From NCBI GenBank assembly GCA_023663235.1, contig JAMPHW010000002.1:146608-210607 (forward strand): a stretch of DNA of 64,000 bases. The letters run 5' to 3'. Made by a program: the position numbers and the translations under genes. The notes under the pieces are model-generated. The model saw nothing but the letters and a program-made list of their open reading frames with translations. It was not told the origin of the DNA and made no database searches. The DNA comes from Ruminococcus sp. (GTDB lineage: Bacteria > Bacillota_I > Bacilli_A > RF39 > UBA660). Below, one piece after another: positions 19,897 to 27,851 of the stretch (positions are counted from its first letter, which is position 1; every line of letters begins with the position of its first letter).

Positions 19897-20971
19897 TTTC
19901 TACAGGAGAAACTGCCCCTCCAAAGCCAAACATATCTGCCAGTCCAGCTTGATTAATCGTGCTTGGGTCAGGTATTTTAAATGTTGCAGCATCAGGAATA
20001 TCAGGAAGACTATCTTCTGGTTTAATCTCCTCTTGTTTTGGTGCCTCTTCAACTGGTGCCTGTATATTAAATTTTTGATTATAATAGTTGATGACTTCTT
20101 TTAAACTAGGAATTGATGGTCTACCACCCATTTTACCAACTGATAAACCTGCCGCAATATTAGAATAAGTAACAGCCTTTTCTATATCAAAATTATTAGC
20201 CATACAATAAGCAAAAGCACCATGAAAAACGTCTCCTGCTGAACTCGGATCAACAACCGTAGTTTTAATTCCTGGCATAACTTTAATCTCTCCATTAACG
20301 CAATATAAAGCTCCCATATTTTCTAAAGTTACTACAATATTACTGTTTGGATAACGTTCTCTAAGTCTTTTATAAACATTTACTAAACTAATAGAATTAT
20401 TAAAATCTATTTTCATACCACTAACATTTTCTGCAAAACCCTTAGAACAAACAATATATTTAACATATTTACATAATTCTAATAAATCTCTATCTACTCT
20501 ACCAGCATCAACAATACTAATCGCATTTGGAAACTTATTTAAAGCATTAATTGTTGCAGCATACTCTTTACCATCAGAAAATACAACATTAGGACTTATC
20601 GAATATTCATATTTTTTTAAAGGGGGTTGTAAATCTCCTACAACATCAAAACGTGTTCTAGTTCCAGCTTTTTTATTAACAAGTATAACTGAAAGAGATG
20701 TACCAACTTCATAAGAGGTTTCCATAAGTTCAGTTTTAACCATAGCTTGTTCTAATTCAGCTCTAATTTTAGTACCATAATCATCAGAGCCAACAACACC
20801 AGCATAATAAGAAGTTTCTCCCCACTTGCCTAATAAAAAAGCAACATTTGCGGCACTTCCTCCACCTGATTCAATTTTCTCATTTAATAAATATTTAGTG
20901 CCTTCAACAGGATAATCTTCTACAGGGCAAGTTATATCATAACTACTTCTACCAATGCTTAGTATTGTCAT
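19883..20971 (-). CDS. PfkB-family carbohydrate/nucleoside kinase (ribokinase-like) with a about 60-aa low-complexity C-terminal tail
   Basis: GGSAANVAFLL near the N-terminus and DPSSAGDVFHGAFAY (the DTxGAGD catalytic region). The tail APVEEAPKQEEIKPEDSLPDIPDAATFKIPDPSTINQAGLADMFGFGGAVSPVENASK lies outside the fold. Confidence 0.8.
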   Translation of the reverse strand: MTILSIGRSSYDITCPVEDYPVEGTKYLLNEKIESGGGSAANVAFLLGKWGETSYYAGVVGSDDYGTKIRAELEQAMVKTELMETSYEVGTSLSVILVNKKAGTRTRFDVVGDLQPPLKKYEYSISPNVVFSDGKEYAATINALNKFPNAISIVDAGRVDRDLLELCKYVKYIVCSKGFAENVSGMKIDFNNSISLVNVYKRLRERYPNSNIVVTLENMGALYCVNGEIKVMPGIKTTVVDPSSAGDVFHGAFAYCMANNFDIEKAVTYSNIAAGLSVGKMGGRPSIPSLKEVINYYNQKFNIQAPVEEAPKQEEIKPEDSLPDIPDAATFKIPDPSTINQAGLADMFGFGGAVSPVENASK

Positions 20972-21030
20972 AGCCTTCCCTCTTTCTTTTCTTTTATATC
21001 ATATCATATTTTTAAATAAAAATAAAGTCT

Positions 21031-21060
21031 AAAAAAGCAAGCGCCTTTTTAAACGCTCAC
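21031..21060 (-). terminator. Rho-independent terminator closing the bacteriocin-like operon
   Basis: Minus strand, directly after the pepC stop: GTGAGCG-TTTAAAAAGG-CGCTTGC (7-bp stem with two G-U pairs) followed by TTTTTT. Confidence 0.6.
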
Positions 21061-21065
21061 CTTTT

Positions 21066-21218
21066 TTAGCAGTAATTTTTAGTAATTCCTCGGCGAATAG
21101 TAGAACCTACCATCTTTCCAAAATCCATAACAGTGGAAAAAAGTCTAACTACAGAAGTTATTAAGCTTGAAGATATGCCTCCTGTAACACATATTAATTC
21201 TCTATTTTCTATTCTCAT
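21066..21218 (-). CDS. Double-glycine-leader peptide C (50 aa), bacteriocin-like precursor
   Basis: Not in the ORF track. MRIENRELICVTGG|ISSSLITSVVRLFSTVMDFGKMVGSTIRRGITKNYC. Starts 2 nt after the pepB stop. GG leader, GxxxG (GKMVG), cationic mature part. Confidence 0.7.
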   Translation of the reverse strand: MRIENRELICVTGGISSSLITSVVRLFSTVMDFGKMVGSTIRRGITKNYC

Positions 21219-21220
21219 AA

Positions 21221-21358
21221 TTAGCACTTGTTTGGATGAATATAGCCATATATTACAGAAGCTATAAACACTACTCCTAAAACAATTCCTCCTATTACTG
21301 TTTTACTCATTCCACCATTAATATTAGTTAATTCTTTGTTATTAATTTGCTCTACCAT
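21221..21358 (-). CDS. Double-glycine-leader peptide B (45 aa), bacteriocin-like precursor
   Basis: Not in the ORF track. MVEQINNKELTNINGG|MSKTVIGGIVLGVVFIASVIYGYIHPNKC. AGGAG lies 9 nt upstream. The ATG overlaps the pepA stop (TCATGGTAG). Classic ELxxIxGG leader, hydrophobic mature part with GxxxG. Confidence 0.8.
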   Translation of the reverse strand: MVEQINNKELTNINGGMSKTVIGGIVLGVVFIASVIYGYIHPNKC

Positions 21359-21489
21359 GAATACTTACTCCTTACATTTTTTACTGCTTTTATAACATTT
21401 ATAAAACTTATTACAAAACTTTTAATATAGTTAATAGTAGCACTACCGCCTATACAGTTTACTAAGTTTTCTCTACATAATTTTTCCAT
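21352..21489 (-). CDS. Double-glycine-leader peptide A (45 aa), bacteriocin-like precursor
   Basis: Not in the ORF track. MEKLCRENLVNCIGG|SATINYIKSFVISFINVIKAVKNVRSKYSW. GGAAG lies 8 nt upstream. The predicted 30-aa mature peptide is amphipathic with net charge about +5. Confidence 0.75.
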   Translation of the reverse strand: MEKLCRENLVNCIGGSATINYIKSFVISFINVIKAVKNVRSKYSW

Positions 21490-21506
21490 TACATATACTT
21501 CCTTTC

Positions 21507-21908
21507 TTAAAATATCTTTTCTTTAATTTTTTTAATTATTCTTTGTTTATTATAATAAAAATTCAAATTTATAATTTCCTTATCATTTAAAACTAAATTT
21601 GTTTTAATCGTTAAATCAAAATAACTTATTAAATTTTCTTCATCTAATTTTAATTCTTTTTTTAAAACTATATATTCCATATTTTTACTATTAATACTTA
21701 TTTTATCAAAAGTTATATTACTAGGTATCATAACATTTATAAAACAATCACTATTGCAAGTAACATACCCTTTTGTTTGATAGTTGTCATAAATTCTTAA
21801 TCTAATCATAATATAGACTAATAATGTGATTACTACTGTTATTAATAAAACTAACAACCATAATTTATGAGGTTTCTTTAATAAAAAAGCTTGTTTATTA
21901 TTATACAT
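21507..21908 (-). CDS. Small N-terminally membrane-anchored accessory protein of the exporter operon (133 aa)
   Basis: One TM (LWLLVLLITVVITLLVYIMI) followed by a about 95-aa beta-rich region containing CNSDC. Overlaps the ABC gene stop by 8 nt. Much shorter than HlyD/LcnD-type accessory proteins. No family assigned. Confidence 0.6.
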   Translation of the reverse strand: MYNNKQAFLLKKPHKLWLLVLLITVVITLLVYIMIRLRIYDNYQTKGYVTCNSDCFINVMIPSNITFDKISINSKNMEYIVLKKELKLDEENLISYFDLTIKTNLVLNDKEIINLNFYYNKQRIIKKIKEKIF

Positions 21909-23973
21909 ATCTAATATTTAAGTCCTCAATATTAATAATTTTAGAAAAACAATCATCAACATTTTTGTGGGTTACATATATTAAAGTCTCGTTTTTATAA
22001 TATTCGAAAATACTCCATAAAATTTCTTTTTCTAAATCTACATTTACTTCACTTAAAGCTTCATCTAAAATCATAATTTTTACTTTTTTAAGTAGTCCTC
22101 TAGCTAAAATTATTCTTTGCTTTTCTCCACCACTTAAATTATTTAATGAAGCATTAATATAAGAATTGTAACGATGTGGTCTTTTCTTTACAACATTTTC
22201 CAATTTACAAATATTAACTACTTTTAGAAATTCTTCTTCAGATACATTTCGATAGCAAATTATATTATCGCGTATTGTCCCTGTAAATAAACTTTCATTT
22301 TGTCCAATATATAATATTCCTCTTCGAATAGCATCCAAACTATAATCAGATTCACTCATAACATTTATTTTCAAATTTCCAGTATATTCATTATAATAAC
22401 GGGTAATCAGTTTACAAATTGTACTCTTTCCGCAACCGCTAGATCCGCTTAATAATACTTTTTCTCCTGCTTCTATCTGAAAATTTATATCAGTTAGAAT
22501 ATTAGAAAACTTATTATATGAATAATCAAGATGTTCAACTGTAATACTACCATTATTAATAACTTTTAAGCCCTTTTCTTTTTGGCTTAATTCCTCAGGA
22601 ATATTTAAGAATTCACTTAACTTATTAAAAGATGCTTTTAAATAATTATATTTAGGTAAAATACTTACTAAGTCTTTAATCGGATCAAATAAATATAATA
22701 AAACACTATTAAACGTTATAAGACTTAAAATATCAAAAGAACCTTTATAAACAAAGTATATTCCTAAAGATAAGATTGTAAAAATACCTATTTCATAAAT
22801 AAAGCTTTTAATAAACTCCAAATTATTTAAGAAATTTTGCAGATTTAAATTACTTTTTAGCATTAAAACTAATTTATCTTCTAGTTTATAATAAAACTGT
22901 TTAATTAAATTTAAATTTTTAATACTAGTATTCATTTCAATATTTTCTACTAAAGTAGAATTAAATTCTGTTTCCATCTCAATATTAGTTTTAATCTTTT
23001 CATAAATTAACTTATTAAAAATTAAACTAACTATTAAATAAAGGCTAATTACTAAACAAAGAATCAAAAATAGTTTAGCATTTATAAGAAACAGGACAAC
23101 TATCGTGCCCATAACCAAAACAATATTTAGAAGAACATTAGTAAATATTTCTGCAAGAAGACTTTTTATTTCACTAAGTTCTCCTATACGACTTGTAATT
23201 TCTCCTGTTGTACGGTTTTGGATAAAGCTTAAAGGAAGATTAAAAATATGAGCTATAAATGAAGTAAAAATAGAAACATCAATGTTTTTATTAAGATAGT
23301 TCAGATAATAATTCTTAAGATAATTTAAGACAACTTTAAAAAGAGTAATCAGTAAAAATAGGAGTGTTATGAATTTTAAAAAATTATAATCTGTTCCATC
23401 ATTAATACTAGACATGGCTATTTGAAAATAAAAATTACCTATTATCGTCATAAACGTTAATAAAAAAGCTATGATTAAAATTAGTATAAAAAGTGTTTTA
23501 TTAGCTTTCAGTAGATTAAAGAAAATATTGGAAATAGTTATATTTTTATCATAACTAACGATATTACTTATAGGTGTCATTAAAATCAAAATATTATCCC
23601 ATATACTATTAAATTCTTTAATAGGCATTTTTACCTTACCACGAGCTGGATCCATTAAATAAACTATATCGCTTTTTATTTTATATAAAACGGCGAAATG
23701 CTGTAACCCATTTTTTAAATTTAAATGAACTATCGCTGGCAAGTAAATATTTTTATCATGAATATCTGATGCTCTAATCCCTATCGTTTCAAAACCATAT
23801 AAATTAGCAGCTTTAATTAAGTGATAGGCTGTTGTTCCATTAAAATTAGTACAAGTATCTTCGCGTATTTTCTCAATCGGAACATAACCATTATAGTATC
23901 TAATAATACATGATAAGGAGCATGCGCCACAATCTTTTAAATCATGTTGTTTTACTACTTCAATCTTACTCAT
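21901..23973 (-). CDS. Peptidase C39-domain ABC transporter (bacteriocin/competence-peptide cleavage-export type)
   Basis: N-terminal C39 motif QHDLKDCGACSLSCIIRYYNG plus HFAVLY. Six-TM region. Walker A GSSGCGKST, signature LSGGEKQR, Walker B ILDEALS. Start trimmed to ATG 23973 (AGGGAG RBS) from the track's 24048. Confidence 0.9.
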   Translation of the reverse strand: MSKIEVVKQHDLKDCGACSLSCIIRYYNGYVPIEKIREDTCTNFNGTTAYHLIKAANLYGFETIGIRASDIHDKNIYLPAIVHLNLKNGLQHFAVLYKIKSDIVYLMDPARGKVKMPIKEFNSIWDNILILMTPISNIVSYDKNITISNIFFNLLKANKTLFILILIIAFLLTFMTIIGNFYFQIAMSSINDGTDYNFLKFITLLFLLITLFKVVLNYLKNYYLNYLNKNIDVSIFTSFIAHIFNLPLSFIQNRTTGEITSRIGELSEIKSLLAEIFTNVLLNIVLVMGTIVVLFLINAKLFLILCLVISLYLIVSLIFNKLIYEKIKTNIEMETEFNSTLVENIEMNTSIKNLNLIKQFYYKLEDKLVLMLKSNLNLQNFLNNLEFIKSFIYEIGIFTILSLGIYFVYKGSFDILSLITFNSVLLYLFDPIKDLVSILPKYNYLKASFNKLSEFLNIPEELSQKEKGLKVINNGSITVEHLDYSYNKFSNILTDINFQIEAGEKVLLSGSSGCGKSTICKLITRYYNEYTGNLKINVMSESDYSLDAIRRGILYIGQNESLFTGTIRDNIICYRNVSEEEFLKVVNICKLENVVKKRPHRYNSYINASLNNLSGGEKQRIILARGLLKKVKIMILDEALSEVNVDLEKEILWSIFEYYKNETLIYVTHKNVDDCFSKIINIEDLNIRYV

Positions 23974-24130
23974 AAAATTTCTCCCTTCACCTATATTTAT
24001 TACCACTATATCTTTTATTTCCTTTTTTTTATTACTAAAAGTATACATTTTGGTGAATTCATCCTATCATTCGACATAATTCGATAGTCTTATATGTTAT
24101 ACTAGCAAACTTAAGAAAGGAGGAAAATTT

Positions 24131-24583
24131 ATGCAAGATGGGGTTTTGATTGCTAAATTAAGATGTAAAAAAAATATTACTCAAAACGAGATGGCTAAAC
24201 TCCTAAAAATAAGTTTACCAGCATATAAGTTATACGAAACTAATCTTAGAGTTATGAAAATATCTGAATTAAATGTTTTAAGTAATTATTTTAATATTTC
24301 ATTAAATACTTTATTAGGACTTTCAAAAGATTTTTCTTCAACTACAGAACAAAAGGCTGTTAATTATAAAATTTTAAAATATAATATAAAAATACTAAGA
24401 AGAAAAGCTAAATTAACTCAAGCTAGTTTAGCTAAAGAATTTGATATGTCTACCAATACTATTTCAAGATTTGAAAGTGAAACTAGACGTGTTGACGCAG
24501 TTTTTCTCTATAAATTAGCAAAAAAATTTAATATATCAGTTGATTTTATGTGTGGAAAAACTTTAGATAAAAATATTGCTTAA
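24131..24583 (+). CDS. XRE-family regulator with two tandem HTH domains (150 aa)
   Basis: Two HTH_3-like units (ITQNEMAKLLKISLPAYKLYE... and LTQASLAKEFDMSTNTISRFE...). AAGGAGG RBS. Divergent from the exporter operon. Confidence 0.8.
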   Translation: MQDGVLIAKLRCKKNITQNEMAKLLKISLPAYKLYETNLRVMKISELNVLSNYFNISLNTLLGLSKDFSSTTEQKAVNYKILKYNIKILRRKAKLTQASLAKEFDMSTNTISRFESETRRVDAVFLYKLAKKFNISVDFMCGKTLDKNIA

Positions 24584-24673
24584 CAAGTTAATACCCTATA
24601 TATAATTATCTTAGGTAATATATATTTTTATATTACTTTTTAATTACAAAAAAAGAAACTAAATTAATAGCTT

Positions 24674-25831
24674 CTATTTATCTGATAAAACTTCATTTAA
24701 TAATACTTCATCATCTTTAAATAAATCATATTTTTTAACTATAAATCTAAAGATTACTTTTAAAAGTGCTATACATGGAGTTGCAATTATCATACCAATT
24801 ATACCAAAATAATGAGCAAATATTAATAAACCAATGATAATGGTTACTGGATGTAAATTAGTCGTTTTACTCATAACAACAGGTTGTAAAATATAGTTTT
24901 CTACTAATTGAACAACTACGCAAACAATTAAAACGGCAATTCCAGTTATAGAACCTTGAGAAAAGCCAACTATAACAGCCGCTGCTCCTCCAATATAAGG
25001 ACCAATATAAGGAATTAAATCTGTTAAACCACAAAATAATCCAAATAACAATGATGCTTTTAAACCTATTATAGAAAATCCAATTGTATCACAAACAAAT
25101 ACCATTAAAGCTACTAATAAGGTTCCACTTATCGTTTTTCTTACTTCTTTTCCAATATCAGTCAATAATACTTCTATTTCATATTTATTTTTATTAGGCA
25201 CTAACTTTAAGAAATGTTTTGCAATTGCATCAAAATCAAATAACATATATAACCCTACAACTAAACTTATTAAAATAGTTCCCAAACCAGAAAATAAGTT
25301 TCCTAATATATTCATAATAGAATTAGGTAAAGAATTAGTGAATTTAACTAAGTAATCCCCTACACTACTAAATAAATTATCTTTTAAATTAGTTAAATCT
25401 ACTCCACTTATAGATATTTGATCAAAGAAGTTATTGGTAAACTCTTTAAATTTATCTAATATTGATGGCAAAGTACCAATAAAATCATTTATTTGCGTAT
25501 ATAAAGTTGGAATTAGTATTCGTAAAAATATATACATAAATAATAAAAATATAGAATAAACAATTAAACTTCCGACTATTCTTGGTATACCTTTTTTATT
25601 CATTTTGGTTACTATCGGATTTAGTAGCCAAGCAATAACAAAGCCAATAAATAAAGGAGAAATAACCGAAATTAAATTAAATAATAAATGCCAAACATTT
25701 AAATTTTTTAAAATTACTGTACCACACAAAATAATCGCTACAATCATCACAATATATAATAATTTCAAGATTTTTTTAGCTAAAGATACAACCTCATTTA
25801 TTTCTTCATTATCTATTTCTTTTCTTTTCAT
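24674..25831 (-). CDS. AI-2E family transporter (PerM/YhhT-like permease)
   Basis: 385 aa, about 8 TM. Signature-like SPLFIGFVIAWLLNPIV and C-terminal LIPYIGPYIGG. Confidence 0.8.
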   Translation of the reverse strand: MKRKEIDNEEINEVVSLAKKILKLLYIVMIVAIILCGTVILKNLNVWHLLFNLISVISPLFIGFVIAWLLNPIVTKMNKKGIPRIVGSLIVYSIFLLFMYIFLRILIPTLYTQINDFIGTLPSILDKFKEFTNNFFDQISISGVDLTNLKDNLFSSVGDYLVKFTNSLPNSIMNILGNLFSGLGTILISLVVGLYMLFDFDAIAKHFLKLVPNKNKYEIEVLLTDIGKEVRKTISGTLLVALMVFVCDTIGFSIIGLKASLLFGLFCGLTDLIPYIGPYIGGAAAVIVGFSQGSITGIAVLIVCVVVQLVENYILQPVVMSKTTNLHPVTIIIGLLIFAHYFGIIGMIIATPCIALLKVIFRFIVKKYDLFKDDEVLLNEVLSDK

Positions 25832-25832
25832 A

Positions 25833-26360
25833 TTATATCCTCATTAATTCAGTTTCTTTATCTTTAAAAATATCTTCCACTTTTTTATTATATGTATTTA
25901 CAAGCTCTTGTATTTCTTCCATTTGTCTTTTTTCTTCATCTTCTGGTAATTCTTGATTCTTAATATCGTTATTAGCATCTTGACGAATATTTCTTAAAGC
26001 TATTTTAGCTTCTTCACAAATCATTTTAGCTTGTTTAACATAATCTTTTCTTTTTTCTTCTGTAAGTTCTGGAACTGTTAAAATAATTACTTCACCATTA
26101 TTAACTGGTGTAATCCCTATATTAGCTTCATTTATTGCTCTTTCAATGTCTTTTAACGCTCCTTTATCAAAAGGTTTTATCATTAAACTACGAGCCTCAG
26201 GCACTGTTATATTAGCTAAAGACACTATTGGTGTTGGAACTCCATAATAACTAGCATTAATCCCATTTAACATTGTAGGATTTGCTCTACCTGCTCTAAT
26301 ATTTAATAATTTACTTTCTAAACTTTCTATTGTTTTTAAAAATTTTGTTTCTATATTCAT
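25833..26360 (-). CDS. frr: Ribosome recycling factor
   Basis: 175 aa. AGRANPTMLNGINASYYGVPTPIVSLANITVPEARSLMIKPFDKG matches the RRF core. Confidence 0.93.
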   Translation of the reverse strand: MNIETKFLKTIESLESKLLNIRAGRANPTMLNGINASYYGVPTPIVSLANITVPEARSLMIKPFDKGALKDIERAINEANIGITPVNNGEVIILTVPELTEEKRKDYVKQAKMICEEAKIALRNIRQDANNDIKNQELPEDEEKRQMEEIQELVNTYNKKVEDIFKDKETELMRI

Positions 26361-26371
26361 ATTATTCCTCC

Positions 26372-27145
26372 TTAATTAAATATTATAACATCATTATAAT
26401 CATTTTTTGTGCTTTTTACAAGATAACTTAAAGTTAAATATCCACTTTTATTAATATATATGGCATAATTATCAGAATTATCTAAATTATTTAAAGTATT
26501 AGCTATATCTATTTCTTCATCTTCTTTTTTAGCTAATTTTTCTTGAACTTCCATTTTAATTTTTGTCATATTAGTACTATAAATATCTAGTATTTCATCA
26601 TTAGTTATTATTTTACCTGTAGATGTATCAAAGGTATAAGAACTACTTGTTAAATATTTAGAACCTGAAAAACAATCAAAACTATATTTATCTATTAGTA
26701 TAGAAGCATAATCTTTATAAAAATATCGCGTATAATTTATGTATTCAGCACTATAAATATCATCTTCTTTATAAACGATTTCTTCTTGTTCCCCATCTTC
26801 TATTTCCATATCACTAATCTTTTTTAAATTTTCTTCTAAAGTATCCATTTCATCATTTAGTTTAGTCTCAATTCCACCTGCTTCTTTACTATTAATATTT
26901 ATTTTAATTTTTTTAAATGAAATATCTAAACTCTCACTTTTTATTTCTTCATCTTCGAAATAAATATATTCTTCATTATCTAATATTTTTAAACTTTTTT
27001 CTTCAGGAACCTTTTCTTCTATATTACTATCTTTATCTTTTGAAGATTTAGTTAAATAATTAGTTAAAAAGAAACCACCTAAAGCTAGAAAAATAATAAA
27101 AAGCACAAATATTAAAGCGTATATTTTCCCTCTTCTAATATCCAT
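26372..27145 (-). CDS. Membrane-anchored hypothetical protein (257 aa); possibly DUF4163/DUF3298-like extracytoplasmic domain
   Basis: N-terminal TM (IYALIFVLFIIFLALGGFFL), acidic linker, then a beta-rich domain. The domain guess is weak. Confidence 0.5.
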   Translation of the reverse strand: MDIRRGKIYALIFVLFIIFLALGGFFLTNYLTKSSKDKDSNIEEKVPEEKSLKILDNEEYIYFEDEEIKSESLDISFKKIKININSKEAGGIETKLNDEMDTLEENLKKISDMEIEDGEQEEIVYKEDDIYSAEYINYTRYFYKDYASILIDKYSFDCFSGSKYLTSSSYTFDTSTGKIITNDEILDIYSTNMTKIKMEVQEKLAKKEDEEIDIANTLNNLDNSDNYAIYINKSGYLTLSYLVKSTKNDYNDVIIFN

Positions 27146-27155
27146 AATAACTCCT

Positions 27156-27743
27156 TTATTCTGTTAAATAATCTATAAACATTGTTTTTAAACTATTAGT
27201 TTTAAGACCCACTTTTAAGTCTGTCCAATATTCTTCTGGTTTAGTACTACCTAATGTAAGTGCAGTTTCATTATCAAAATAAACAATATTACCATTTTTT
27301 ATAACAATTAAAGTTGGTGAATAAATATTTTTAGTACCATCATCTAAAGTTAAAACATAATTACTAAGCTTAGCTACAATACTTTGATAAGTAGCGTTTT
27401 TATTATTTCTATCCTCATAAAAATCATAATATAGTATTTCTTTTATATTTGAACTCTTAGCAGCTTCATTTAAAATATTGGCATAATAACCTGTCCATTT
27501 ATTATTTGGAAAACCCATGAAAATTATAGCATTTCCTCTTAAAGCACTATAAACATCTCTAGCACTCGCATAAACAAAAACATTATCACTGCTTACCATT
27601 TCATATTCTTGATCAAATTTTTCATTATCAATAACTTCTTTTGGTGAAAAATCAAGTGTACCTACATAAATGAAAGCGATTATTATTGAAATAAAAGCTA
27701 TACCTTGGAATATTTTAATTAATTTCTTTTTCATATAAATCAC
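27156..27743 (-). CDS. Membrane-anchored thioredoxin-fold-like protein lacking the CxxC motif (195 aa)
   Basis: N-terminal TM. IIFMGFPNNKWTGYYANILNEAA...ILYYDF...TLIVIKNGNIVYF follows thioredoxin-like topology but has NNKW where CxxC is expected. An alternative ATG at 27734 is possible. Confidence 0.5.
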   Translation of the reverse strand: MIYMKKKLIKIFQGIAFISIIIAFIYVGTLDFSPKEVIDNEKFDQEYEMVSSDNVFVYASARDVYSALRGNAIIFMGFPNNKWTGYYANILNEAAKSSNIKEILYYDFYEDRNNKNATYQSIVAKLSNYVLTLDDGTKNIYSPTLIVIKNGNIVYFDNETALTLGSTKPEEYWTDLKVGLKTNSLKTMFIDYLTE

Positions 27744-27851
27744 TAATATTATTATAACATTTATCCTTAATTTAACTAAAGAAAAATCAACTTAATGTGT
27801 TAAGTTGATGTATATACTTATCATATATTTATCTAGGAGCAAATATTAAAT

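Noticed and set aside
23974-24048. 25-codon N-terminal extension of the C39 ABC transporter.
   Set aside because: ATG 23973 has an AGGGAG RBS and yields the usual short lead-in before the C39 Q...C motif. The extension has no RBS.
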